Part shown: positions 55,272-64,000 of the stretch, in pieces
Layout: each line of letters starts with the position of its first letter
Numbering within the stretch: position 1 is the stretch's first letter
Origin: a virus
IMG/VR virus record: IMGVR_UViG_3300025141_000022
Coordinates: 64,001 to 128,000 of that record
Length of the DNA stretch: 64,000 nt
Direction: 5' to 3' (one strand)
Notes under the pieces: generated by a model
Seen by the model: the letters and a program-made list of their open reading frames with translations, nothing else
What the model was told of the DNA's origin: nothing
Databases searched by the model: none
Position numbers and translations under genes: made by a program

Positions 55272-57131
55272 ATGTCTGTATTAGAACGTTTGACAGAAGG
55301 TATCGTTGAACGCAATCTTGGCCAGGAAGGTGCTGCTCTACTTAAGAAGTGGGAAAGAACCGGACTGCTTGAGGGTGTTCGTAACGATCATGAAAAACAA
55401 ACAATGGCTCGCTTGCTTGAAAATCAAGCTAGAGAGCTTCTACGCGAATCTTCTACCATGGCCGCTGGCGATGTTGAAGGTTTTGCAGCCGTTGCATTTC
55501 CGATTGTTCGGCGTGTATTCGGTGGCTTGATTGCTAACGATCTCGTTAGTGTTCAGCCAATGAGCCTCCCATCGGGACTTATCTTCTTCCTAGATTTTAA
55601 GTATTCCCCAGATGCTGGTGGCAACGCCAGTGGTGGTGATTTCCCCCGTGTCGGTGTCAATGAGGATACATCACTTTATGGTGGTGGCCGAGTTGGTGCT
55701 CAGATCACAGGTGGTGTTGATCTAACTCCATCTGGTTCAACAGTTGCAGGTGCTGGCGCTTCACGCGATCACAGTTTCTACAACTTAGGTTCAGGTTACT
55801 CTAGCCCAACGGCTTCGGTTGACTTGACCATCACTTGTATCGCATCCGGTACTCTCGGAGCAGTTACTTCTAGTAACATGGTGTCCTTGACACATGCTTC
55901 TATTGGTGCTAGCACCGTTACAACCTCTCTTGAGGAGCTTTGCCGATACGATCCAGATCTTTCTGGTTCCGTCGTCACAGTTTGTACAGCACCCGGTGTT
56001 GCTGGCTTAAGCCAGATGAACCGCCTCAACTTAATCGCAATGCAACCCGCTCAGGGTGATGAGATTGATGTTGGTAAGGCTAAGTTGGTTCGTCGTCTGA
56101 CTCACCTTCGTGGTAAGTCTGCTGCTGCAGCTACAACTTCACCTGAAGGTCTGTCTCTAATCAACGCAACCGACACATCTCTTGTGTTCGTTTTCGAAGG
56201 TGGAACAGGTCTGAACGAGGGCGCAGTTGCTGGTGAGACAACTGGTACCATGACGGTCGATTTCCCAATTGATGATGACTTCATTGCAGGTCCATCCGTT
56301 GGTTCGGTTGTTGGTGATGCTACATGGGGACTGGAAGCCAATCCAGACATCCCAGAGATTGACATCGACGTTAGTTCGGTGGCTATCACTGCGATGACCA
56401 AGAAGCTCAAGGCTAAGTGGTCACCAGAGTTGGGGCAGGATCTTAACGCCTACCACAACTTGGATGCAGAGGTTGAGCTAACTGGTATTCTTTCTGAGCA
56501 AGTTGCTCTTGAAATTGATCGTGAGATTCTCAACGATCTTGTTCAGGGTGCTGCTGCCGGAACTTATTACTGGTCACGCCGCCCCGGTCGATTCACCGAC
56601 CGTGTTACTGGTAGACACATTAATGTCCTAGGTGAAGGTACTTCAGCTACGGATGTCGGTGGACCTGAGTTCACTGGTAATGTGTCTGAGTGGTATGAGA
56701 CACTTGTTGAGACAATCAACGATGTTTCCGCTCAAATTCATCGTAAGACTCTACGCGGTGGAGCTAACTTCTTGGTGGTTTCCCCAGAAGTTGCTAACAT
56801 CCTTGAGTTCACAAGTGGATTCCGCGCTAGCGTAACCCATGATGATGATAAGGGCTCTGTTGGAGCAGTTAAGGCTGGCTCTATTTCTAAGAAGTGGGAC
56901 GTTTGGGTTGACCCATACTTCCCCCGCAATGTGATCCTTGTTGGTCGTCGCGGAAGCAGCTTCCTAGAAAGCGGCTATGTTTACGCTCCATATGTACCAC
57001 TACAGATGACTCCCACCATCTTTGGACCAGAGGACTTCGTGCCCCGTAAGGGCGTGATGACTCGCTATGCCAAGAAGATGGTACGTCCAGATATGTATGG
57101 TGTAGTCGTTGTCCAGAACTTGTTAGGCTAG
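55272..57131 (+). CDS. Major capsid protein (T4 gp23-like; true start ATG 55272)
   Basis: FPIVRRVFGGLIANDLVSVQPMSLPSGLIFFLDF, TKKLKAKWSPELGQDLNAYHNLDAEVELT..LSEQVALEIDREIL, GYVYAPYVPL, PRKGVMTRY; AGGAG RBS; biased codon usage. Confidence 0.97.
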   Translation: MSVLERLTEGIVERNLGQEGAALLKKWERTGLLEGVRNDHEKQTMARLLENQARELLRESSTMAAGDVEGFAAVAFPIVRRVFGGLIANDLVSVQPMSLPSGLIFFLDFKYSPDAGGNASGGDFPRVGVNEDTSLYGGGRVGAQITGGVDLTPSGSTVAGAGASRDHSFYNLGSGYSSPTASVDLTITCIASGTLGAVTSSNMVSLTHASIGASTVTTSLEELCRYDPDLSGSVVTVCTAPGVAGLSQMNRLNLIAMQPAQGDEIDVGKAKLVRRLTHLRGKSAAAATTSPEGLSLINATDTSLVFVFEGGTGLNEGAVAGETTGTMTVDFPIDDDFIAGPSVGSVVGDATWGLEANPDIPEIDIDVSSVAITAMTKKLKAKWSPELGQDLNAYHNLDAEVELTGILSEQVALEIDREILNDLVQGAAAGTYYWSRRPGRFTDRVTGRHINVLGEGTSATDVGGPEFTGNVSEWYETLVETINDVSAQIHRKTLRGGANFLVVSPEVANILEFTSGFRASVTHDDDKGSVGAVKAGSISKKWDVWVDPYFPRNVILVGRRGSSFLESGYVYAPYVPLQMTPTIFGPEDFVPRKGVMTRYAKKMVRPDMYGVVVVQNLLG

Positions 57132-57162
57132 TCCGAAACACGATTTGAACAGCAAATCATTT

Positions 57163-57200
57163 AAGCCCCCACATTAGTTTTAATGTGGGGGCTTTCTGTT
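57163..57200 (+). terminator. Intrinsic terminator after major capsid gene
   Basis: Perfect 14-bp stem AAGCCCCCACATTA-GTTT-TAATGTGGGGGCTT followed by TCTGTTT. Confidence 0.85.
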
Positions 57201-57207
57201 TATTGAA

Positions 57208-57216
57208 ACTACTTAA
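57208..57216 (+). promoter_or_regulatory. Putative late promoter motif ACTACTTAA
   Basis: Immediately after the terminator and 20 nt before the neck gene start. Confidence 0.55.
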
Positions 57217-57235
57217 TGTAGGAGATTCTATATAA

Positions 57236-58522
57236 ATGCCAACAACCCTAAGCCCCTCAAGTGACACTAATACCATTGTTTTGCCCATTACGGGCTCTGT
57301 AACGGAAGTTGCTTCTGCTTGTCCGTTTGGAATCTACACAGGTTCTGCTGATTTTCTATCCGGTGCAACGGATCAGATTGCATACACATACAAGAAATTA
57401 GGCGGAGATGTATTAGATATAGAGTTGTCTTCTTCACAAGTTTATGCGGCATATGAAGAGGCCGTATTAGAATATTCATACATCGTAAACATACACCAGA
57501 CCAAAAACACTCTTTCCACTTATTTAGGCCACACAACAGGTACATTTAATCATAATGGAGAGCTTAAATCAGGAACTTTGTCTTCTAGCTTAAGTGGAAC
57601 CCACGCTGCACTTAAATATCCAAAATACGAGATATCGTATGCAAGAAGAGTTTCTGACGCATTCTCAGGAGAGGCCGCCGTTGGTGGAAGTCAGACAATG
57701 TATTCTGCCTCGTTCAGTATTACGGCCAGTCGTCAGGATTATGATCTACAGAATATCATTTCTGGCGCTGCTGAGTCCAATTATGACGATGGAACTGGCA
57801 AAACAGTGCCATACGCAGGAAAAGTGGGTTCCAAAAAGGTTAAAATTCACAAAGTCTATTATAAAACTCCAAATGTTATGTGGAGATTCTTCGGGTATTA
57901 TGGCGGCGTTAACACGGTTGGAAATCTTGGTAATTATGGTATGTTTTCGGACGACTCAACGTTCCAGATTATTCCGTCTTGGCAGAACAAGATGCAGGCG
58001 ATAACATATGAGGATAATATCTTCACTAGGGTGTCGCACTATTCGTATGAGATTGTCAATAACAAATTAAGGTTGTTTCCAACGCCCCAGGGGCCCACTG
58101 CTGATACATTTTGGGTGACGTTTACGATCCCCGAAGATCCTTTCGTAGATGATTCTGATGTAGATCATGGTATTAGCGGAATCAACAATATGAACACTAT
58201 GCCATTTGAAAATATACCTTATGGGAATATCAACTCAATCGGAAAGCAATGGATTAGGCGATTTGCTCTATCATTAACAAAGGAAATGTTAGGTCAAGTT
58301 AGAGGAAAATTTGCAACTATCCCCATACCCGGCGAATCCGTCACTCTCAATGCAGCAGAATTGTTATCTCAAGCAAAAGAGGAGCAAGAAAAGCTCCGAG
58401 AAGAGCTTAAGACAGTATTGGATGAACTTACTTATGCAAAGATTATGGAAACAGATGCCCAAATGATGGATTCTGCTGGAAAGATACAGGAAAAAGTGCC
58501 ATTGGCGATCTTTGTAGGATAG
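57236..58522 (+). CDS. Neck/head-tail adaptor protein (T4 gp13-like)
   Basis: DIELSSSQVYAAYEEAVLEY near the N-terminus and KQWIRRFALSLTKEMLGQVRGKF..IPIPG..VTLNA.ELL C-terminal motif; position after the capsid gene. Confidence 0.75.
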   Translation: MPTTLSPSSDTNTIVLPITGSVTEVASACPFGIYTGSADFLSGATDQIAYTYKKLGGDVLDIELSSSQVYAAYEEAVLEYSYIVNIHQTKNTLSTYLGHTTGTFNHNGELKSGTLSSSLSGTHAALKYPKYEISYARRVSDAFSGEAAVGGSQTMYSASFSITASRQDYDLQNIISGAAESNYDDGTGKTVPYAGKVGSKKVKIHKVYYKTPNVMWRFFGYYGGVNTVGNLGNYGMFSDDSTFQIIPSWQNKMQAITYEDNIFTRVSHYSYEIVNNKLRLFPTPQGPTADTFWVTFTIPEDPFVDDSDVDHGISGINNMNTMPFENIPYGNINSIGKQWIRRFALSLTKEMLGQVRGKFATIPIPGESVTLNAAELLSQAKEEQEKLREELKTVLDELTYAKIMETDAQMMDSAGKIQEKVPLAIFVG

Positions 58523-58535
58523 GGAGGGATAGAGC

Positions 58536-59036
58536 ATGTCACAAGACGACAATAATAAATGGTCCCAGCCCGCAGCGCCGCCGCCACCAATGTTTGTTGG
58601 CAAAAAAGAGCGTGATTTAGTAAAACAGGTCAATGATGAGCTAATAGAAAGAGTGATTGGCCAGCAGGTAATTTACTATCCTATTGATATGGGCAGCACC
58701 AACTTTCACTCAGTTTATGGTGAAGCTATTAATAAGAGCTTTTTGCCACCAGTTAGAGTATACGCCTTGATTGAATTTGATGGCATTAGCACCAAATACA
58801 GTAATAAGATAGGTTTGGACAAGGAAATGTCAATTACAGTGCATTTTCACAAGAGAAGATTAACCGAAGATCAAGATTTATTTGTCCGCGAGGGTGATTT
58901 TGTTCTTTACGGAGATACATATTATGAGATAGTAACATTAGCTGAACCAAAACAGATGTTCGGTCAAATAGACCACAGAATGGAAATATCGGCTAAGTGT
59001 ATTAGAGCTAGAGAGGGTCTTTTCAATGCCGGCTAA
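58536..59036 (+). CDS. Neck/head closure protein (T4 gp14-like)
   Basis: NDELIERVIGQQVIYYPID...YGEA..K.F..PVRV...REGDFVLYGDTYYEI; synteny. Confidence 0.7.
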   Translation: MSQDDNNKWSQPAAPPPPMFVGKKERDLVKQVNDELIERVIGQQVIYYPIDMGSTNFHSVYGEAINKSFLPPVRVYALIEFDGISTKYSNKIGLDKEMSITVHFHKRRLTEDQDLFVREGDFVLYGDTYYEIVTLAEPKQMFGQIDHRMEISAKCIRAREGLFNAG

Positions 59037-59850
59037 AGAAATAGAACTTCAACCATCCTCGTTGCAAACGATTGATGAAGCTTTATTTGAACTAATTGAT
59101 GAGACAATGCGTATTTTCTCAACTACTAACGATGGATGGAAAAAAGTCCCTGTTTTATGGGCTTCAGCCGAGCGTGCATATCAAATTAAGCACAACAAAG
59201 AGCTTAGAGACTCCAAAGGGGTATTAAAGTTGCCTTTAATAACTGTTGAAAGAACAGCAGTTTCTAAAAGCTTAACCAGAAAGGGTGCCCTGTATGCGAA
59301 TGTGCCAGAATATGGCCCAGAGGGCGGCGCGATTACAATAGGTAGGAGAATAAAGCAGGACAAGACTGCTAATTTCCAAAATGCCGACGCAAAATATAAA
59401 AGAGGACAAATTAACTTTCCTAGAAAAAGCAAAAAGGTTGTATATGAGACATTATCAATACCATTGCCGAAATATATTGATTTGACGTATGAAGTCACGA
59501 TCCAGACTGAATATCAACAACAAATGAATGAGGTCTTAACACCATTTCTGACCAGAACAGGTTCAATTAATTATTTCACTCTTAGGAAGAACGGGCACCT
59601 TTATGAAGGGTTTATTGACGAGGATATCTCTCAAGACAACAACACATCGGATCTTGGTGAAGAAGAAAGGACTTACAAGTCAACGATTACTATCAAAGTT
59701 TTGGGCCATATTATTGGAGACGAAAACAACCAAGAGAAGCCAAAAATTGTTGTCAGAGAGAACGCAGTCCACGTTAGAATCCCCAGAGAACATGTACTTT
59801 TAGAGGACGAACACCCAGATGATTGGAAAGGCGGCTTTTATCGAGAGTAA
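59026..59850 (+). CDS. Tail terminator/sheath stabiliser (T4 gp15-like)
   Basis: VPVLWASAERAY, LKLPLITVERT, PKYIDLTYEVTI; position before the sheath gene. Confidence 0.7.
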   Translation: MPAKEIELQPSSLQTIDEALFELIDETMRIFSTTNDGWKKVPVLWASAERAYQIKHNKELRDSKGVLKLPLITVERTAVSKSLTRKGALYANVPEYGPEGGAITIGRRIKQDKTANFQNADAKYKRGQINFPRKSKKVVYETLSIPLPKYIDLTYEVTIQTEYQQQMNEVLTPFLTRTGSINYFTLRKNGHLYEGFIDEDISQDNNTSDLGEEERTYKSTITIKVLGHIIGDENNQEKPKIVVRENAVHVRIPREHVLLEDEHPDDWKGGFYRE

Positions 59851-59883
59851 AAATAGTAATTTTGGATTTTTGACTTTCTATAG

Positions 59884-59892
59884 ACTATTTAC
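59884..59892 (+). promoter_or_regulatory. Putative late promoter motif ACTATTTAC
   Basis: Intergenic, upstream of the sheath gene. Confidence 0.5.
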
Positions 59893-59971
59893 TATCGAAC
59901 AATATGTAAGTGTGTTTGCTAAAAAAACATATTATTTTTAGTTACTAGTATCAACGAGGAGAATACAAATA

Positions 59972-62878
59972 ATGTCAGTAAAGAAATTTCGCTTTGTATC
60001 ACCAGGAATTTTTATTAACGAAGTTGATAATTCCCAATTACCAGCGCCCGAAAGAGCTTTTGGACCGGTGATTATCGGAAGAACAACGAGAGGCCCAGGA
60101 ATGAGGCCAGTTAAAGTCAATTCCTTTTCGGAATTTGTGGAAACTTTTGGGACACCAGTCGGTGGCAAGGCCGGCGGTGATGTGTGGCGAGATGGAAACA
60201 GAGTTGGGCCCACATATGCTGCATACGCGGCTCAAGCGTGGCTTAGAGCCAATACAGGACCAGTTACCATGGTTCGTCTTCTTGGAACCGAAAATGCCGA
60301 TAAAACAAATAGTGGCCGTGCTGGCTGGGAAACTAGCGCCGGCGTTTCGCCAGATCAATCTGCTGGTGGAGCCTATGGACTCTGGGTTGTTAACTCTGGT
60401 TCGACCACAAACGGAGTTACTGGCTCTCTAGCTGCTGTTTGGTACTTAGATCAGGGCTCTATTGAACTTACAGGGACAATTCGCGGCCAAGCCGCAGGCC
60501 ATGGCTCCTCGACAATGGGTGGCACTAGCGTTCAAGGCACCGGTGTTCTAATCGAATCAATTGGGACTTCTAAAGAATTCAAGGCCATTATTAAGAATTC
60601 ATCCGGCGCAGTTGTACACACAACAGCGTTCAACTTCGACCCTGATTCTGACAAATACGTTCGTAAAAGATTCAATACAAATCCGCAACTTTGCAACTCT
60701 AGTATTGCTACAGATCAGAAGACTTATTGGCTTGGTGAAACTTTTGAAAGACACCTTGACGAATATGTTACTGGATCCGCCGCCGGCGAAAACTACGGTG
60801 TACTTCTCGGCCTCGAAAGCGGAAGTTATGAATGGAAGGACAACAGAGGTCCGTTTCAGAATGCAAGAACAGGCTATTTTATTAGTCAGGACATTACCAC
60901 AAATAGTGGCAGCTATAGCCCCGAAGCTATGCAGAAGCTGTTCTACTTTGTCGGACTTGATCATGGAGCATGGTTGCAAGACAACCTTAAAGTGTCGATT
61001 GAGGATATTAAAGCTTCTAGCAACTCCTCAACGCAATATGGCTCATTTTCAGTTGTACTTCGTAGAGTAAATGACCACGACGGCGCCGTCCAAATCGTAG
61101 AAAGATTTTCAAGCTGCAACTTAAACCCTAATTCGATTGATTATGTTGCAAGAAAGATCGGTGATCAGTATGCATCTTGGAGCGATACCGAGAATAGGTA
61201 TATCTGGCATGGAATTTACCAGAACCGCTCTAGATTCCTCAGAATCGTCATGAACCAAGATGTTGATAATGGAACAACGGACGCAACATACCTCCCATAT
61301 GGTATTTATGGCCCAGTTCGACCCACAGGATTCACGGTCCTCAGTGGCTCAGACAGCCTGTCTACTTATGGAAGCGACACAGCTAGTACAGCGTTAGGAA
61401 ACCATTGGGTCAGAGGTTCAGACGATATCGTGAACTCCCTAGGTGCCACAGAGACAGGAAGTATAGCTTCAGATGTGTTTGTGAACGTTGGCGGAGTAGG
61501 AACGGCCGCTGCACCAAGATTGTCCTTCACGGGCTCTTTTAGGTGGCCAGAGATTCCATTGCGCCAGACCGCTTCAGCTACAACTGAGTACTTTGGTGCC
61601 GATACAACCAAATACGGTGCAACCGTATCCCGACACGAAGAGAGTGTTTCAGATGTCGTCCGCCCGTTGCCAGTTAGTTTGGGAGAAACTTACAGCTTTA
61701 CTCCAGATAACTTGGCGACCGAGTACTCTTGGGTATTCTCTCTAGATGACGTTATTATTTCGGGAAGTCAGGCGCATTATAGCTCTGGATCCCGTGTTGC
61801 TGGAACATCAGCTACCGCTGTCAGTGGAACATATCAAGAAATTATTGATAATGATTATAACAGATTTACTTCTGTCTTCTTCGGCGGCTTCGACGGCTTG
61901 AACATTAAGGAAGCAGAACCTTTCGCCAACCGAGTGCTAGATGCATCTGAAAGTCAAGTTGACAACTATGCATTTCACACTTTGCGCCGCGCAATTTACG
62001 CAGTCGCAGATCCAGAGGTGATAGAGTGTAACTTAATGGCCATGCCCGGTGTTACAAATGAAACCATGACCAAGCATCTGCTTGACACATGTGAAGACCG
62101 GGCCGACGCATTGGCAGTTATCGACTTGAAGGGTGATTATAAACCTTTCACCGAAAACAGCAATTCTGAAGCTTCTAGAGTTGGAAATGTGACCACCACG
62201 ATTCTAAATCTTAAGCAGCGTGGAATTAACAGCAGCTACGGTTGTTCCTACTATCCATGGGTACAAATCAGAGACACTGAGAGCAGCAAGCTATTGTTCT
62301 GTCCTCCATCTGTAGTAGCTCTTGGTACTTTTGGTAGCTCTCAGAGAAGAAGCGAGATTTGGTTCGCACCAGCAGGCTTCAATCGCGGAGGGTTGACTGA
62401 AGGTTCAGCCGGCATCCCAGTTGTGGGTGTGCGTGAAAGGCTAACTTCGAAGCAGAGAGATGATCTATACGAAGCGAATATTAACCCAATTGCTACATTC
62501 CCAGCAGAAGGAATTGTTATCTTTGGTCAGAAGACTCTACAAGTGACTCCTTCCGCTCTAGATAGAGTTAATGTGCGCCGATTGATGATCTACTTGAAGA
62601 AGCAAATTTCAAGATTCGCGGCTGAGATCCTGTTCGATCAGAACGTCCAAACTACATGGGATAGATTTACCGGAAAGGTGAACCCATTCTTGGATAGTGT
62701 CAAGTCTAGACTAGGACTAACCGAATACAAGGTGGTGCTTGATAGTACAACGACAACGCCAGACTTGATTGACAGAAACGTTCTATATGCCAAGATTTTC
62801 TTGAAGCCAGCTAGAGCAATTGAATTTATCGCGATTGACTTTGTTATCACGAATACCGGAGCTTCTTTCGAAGATTAA
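59972..62878 (+). CDS. Contractile tail sheath protein (T4 gp18-like)
   Basis: FVSPGIFINEVDNS N-terminus; YYPWVQI, PPSVVA, WFAPAGFNRG, LYEANINPIA, GQKTLQ..SALDRVNVRRL, IEFIAIDF. Confidence 0.96.
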   Translation: MSVKKFRFVSPGIFINEVDNSQLPAPERAFGPVIIGRTTRGPGMRPVKVNSFSEFVETFGTPVGGKAGGDVWRDGNRVGPTYAAYAAQAWLRANTGPVTMVRLLGTENADKTNSGRAGWETSAGVSPDQSAGGAYGLWVVNSGSTTNGVTGSLAAVWYLDQGSIELTGTIRGQAAGHGSSTMGGTSVQGTGVLIESIGTSKEFKAIIKNSSGAVVHTTAFNFDPDSDKYVRKRFNTNPQLCNSSIATDQKTYWLGETFERHLDEYVTGSAAGENYGVLLGLESGSYEWKDNRGPFQNARTGYFISQDITTNSGSYSPEAMQKLFYFVGLDHGAWLQDNLKVSIEDIKASSNSSTQYGSFSVVLRRVNDHDGAVQIVERFSSCNLNPNSIDYVARKIGDQYASWSDTENRYIWHGIYQNRSRFLRIVMNQDVDNGTTDATYLPYGIYGPVRPTGFTVLSGSDSLSTYGSDTASTALGNHWVRGSDDIVNSLGATETGSIASDVFVNVGGVGTAAAPRLSFTGSFRWPEIPLRQTASATTEYFGADTTKYGATVSRHEESVSDVVRPLPVSLGETYSFTPDNLATEYSWVFSLDDVIISGSQAHYSSGSRVAGTSATAVSGTYQEIIDNDYNRFTSVFFGGFDGLNIKEAEPFANRVLDASESQVDNYAFHTLRRAIYAVADPEVIECNLMAMPGVTNETMTKHLLDTCEDRADALAVIDLKGDYKPFTENSNSEASRVGNVTTTILNLKQRGINSSYGCSYYPWVQIRDTESSKLLFCPPSVVALGTFGSSQRRSEIWFAPAGFNRGGLTEGSAGIPVVGVRERLTSKQRDDLYEANINPIATFPAEGIVIFGQKTLQVTPSALDRVNVRRLMIYLKKQISRFAAEILFDQNVQTTWDRFTGKVNPFLDSVKSRLGLTEYKVVLDSTTTTPDLIDRNVLYAKIFLKPARAIEFIAIDFVITNTGASFED

Positions 62879-62901
62879 TAGATGATTTTTGAAACTAAGA
62901 C

Positions 62902-62910
62902 ACTAATTAA
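62902..62910 (+). promoter_or_regulatory. Putative late promoter motif ACTAATTAA
   Basis: Intergenic between sheath and tube genes, 25 nt before the ATG. Confidence 0.55.
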
Positions 62911-62934
62911 GATTAAGAGGAGAACAACAAACTA

Positions 62935-63486
62935 ATGTCAGCAAACTTTTGGGGCAACCCTGAACTAGAACCAAAAAGAGCGTATAGATACACTCTAGAA
63001 ATCCCCGAATTGGATGGTGCCAAATGGATTGTAAAAAAGGTCAAGAAGCCTTCTTTTACGGTTACTGAAGCAGAGCATTCTTTCATTAATCATAAATTTT
63101 ACTATCCTGGCCGCGTTGAGTGGGACAAGATCTCACTTACAATTGTAGATCCCATCTCTCCTGACGCAACTCAGAATTTGATGTCAATCCTCTCAGCAGC
63201 TGGCTATGTGTTTCCAGAAACAGAAGCTGATGCACTCTCAACCACGATTACCAAAAATGAAGCTTATCAAGCTCTCGGTGGTCAGGTTATTATTAGACAA
63301 ATTAGTGGCGGAGAAGTCGGAAATCCTCAGTCAACAGTAATTGAAAAGTGGACTTTAAAGAATTGTTTCATTACAAGTGTTGATTTTGGAGAATTAGATT
63401 ATGATTCTGATGATTTGGTTAACATTGAGATAGAAATAAGGTATGATTGGGCTGTATTTGAAAAGCCTGAAGGGGAAAGTCCCTGA
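62935..63486 (+). CDS. Tail tube protein (T4 gp19-like)
   Basis: EPKRAYRYTL, KFYYPGRVEWDKISLTIVDP, EKWTLKNCFITSVDFGELDY, IRYDWA. Confidence 0.92.
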   Translation: MSANFWGNPELEPKRAYRYTLEIPELDGAKWIVKKVKKPSFTVTEAEHSFINHKFYYPGRVEWDKISLTIVDPISPDATQNLMSILSAAGYVFPETEADALSTTITKNEAYQALGGQVIIRQISGGEVGNPQSTVIEKWTLKNCFITSVDFGELDYDSDDLVNIEIEIRYDWAVFEKPEGESP

Positions 63487-63536
63487 TAATTTGGGCACCC
63501 TTTAAATATATAACAAATAAAACACAAGAGGTATAA

Positions 63537-64000
63537 ATGCCAAGAAATAATAGATCACGCACCGGATTACCGGATGAAATGCCTGATCGCAAGCAACCAG
63601 AAGGCTCCGCACCTACAGCCTCTGGACTAGACTTTGTTGCACCTACAGAGTTTGTAGAGCTTCCCAGTGGAGGTAGATTTTACGGAGAAGGGCATCCACT
63701 ACACGGGCAAGACACTATTGAAATTAAATATATGACAACAAAGCAAGAAGATATTCTTACTTCACAAACGTTGTTAAAAAAAGGCGTTGCGATCAACCGA
63801 ATGTTGCAGTCTCTTTTGGTCACTCCAGAACTTGACGTTAAAGATCTGTTAATTGGAGATAAGAACGCCCTAACCGTAGCAGCCAGAATTAGTGGTTACG
63901 GGCCTGATTATAAAGTTCAATTGACGTGCCCTAGCTGTAATCATGTTGGCGAAGCGGCTGTAGACTTACAGCAAAGCATCACTGTAGTGGATGGTACCGA
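63537..64000 (+). CDS. Baseplate hub assembly/tail chaperone, T4 gp26-like (truncated by window end; not in ORF track)
   Basis: Open to the window end: ...FVELPSGGRFY...IEIKYMTTKQEDILTS...LLIGDKNALTVAARISGYGPDYKVQLTCPSC; GAGG RBS. Confidence 0.75.
   Translation, partial: MPRNNRSRTGLPDEMPDRKQPEGSAPTASGLDFVAPTEFVELPSGGRFYGEGHPLHGQDTIEIKYMTTKQEDILTSQTLLKKGVAINRMLQSLLVTPELDVKDLLIGDKNALTVAARISGYGPDYKVQLTCPSCNHVGEAAVDLQQSITVVDGT

Noticed and set aside
2630-62850. Numerous minus-strand and alternate-frame ORFs in the six-frame track (for example 7700..8161, 42806..43111, 54048..54485)
   Set aside because: All lie inside well-supported + strand genes, lack an RBS or motifs, and mirror the low-complexity content of the real genes.
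1-64000. Possible stop-codon recoding, as seen in some huge phages
   Set aside because: Genes tile densely under the standard code with very long uninterrupted ORFs, and TAA, TAG and TGA all terminate genes at sensible boundaries.

Overview
A 64-kb, roughly 40-42% GC, almost entirely + strand segment of a large T4-like (contractile-tailed, gp23-type capsid) bacteriophage genome. It uses the standard genetic code and has clear GGAG Shine-Dalgarno sites. It holds most of the virion module: baseplate (gp25-, gp6-, gp7-like and a 3,718-aa LamG-containing giant), tail-collar-like proteins, terminase large subunit, portal, prohead protease, scaffold, major capsid, neck/terminator proteins, sheath, tube, a gp26-like protein and repeat-rich tail fibres. 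Interspersed are RuvC, a DNA primase, a fused Mre11-Rad50 (gp47-gp46/SbcD-SbcC), a histone H1-like Hc1 protein and ribosomal protein bS21. The most striking unexplained structure is a set of about 13-14 otherwise unrelated small genes whose products start with one of three short N-terminal leader motifs (MKxxxENWRx[YF]LxE, MKI[TS]KxxL[KR]x[IL]IxEE, DPRYFLxE), nearly all ending in or containing an L/I-x-E-type prohead-protease-like site. The leaders are fused to different payloads: a protein kinase, a toxin-like RNase, an HExxH zincin, a ParB-like domain, and cryptic signal/membrane peptides. This looks like a capsid-targeting, protease-released cargo (internal protein/effector) system. A recurrent ACTAnTTA motif (putative late promoter) precedes structural genes and these cargo clusters. 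Two sigma70 promoters each drive a micro membrane ORF and a DNA-metabolism gene. No tRNA, rRNA, CRISPR array or mobile element was recognised. All family assignments come from motif recognition by eye, not database searches.
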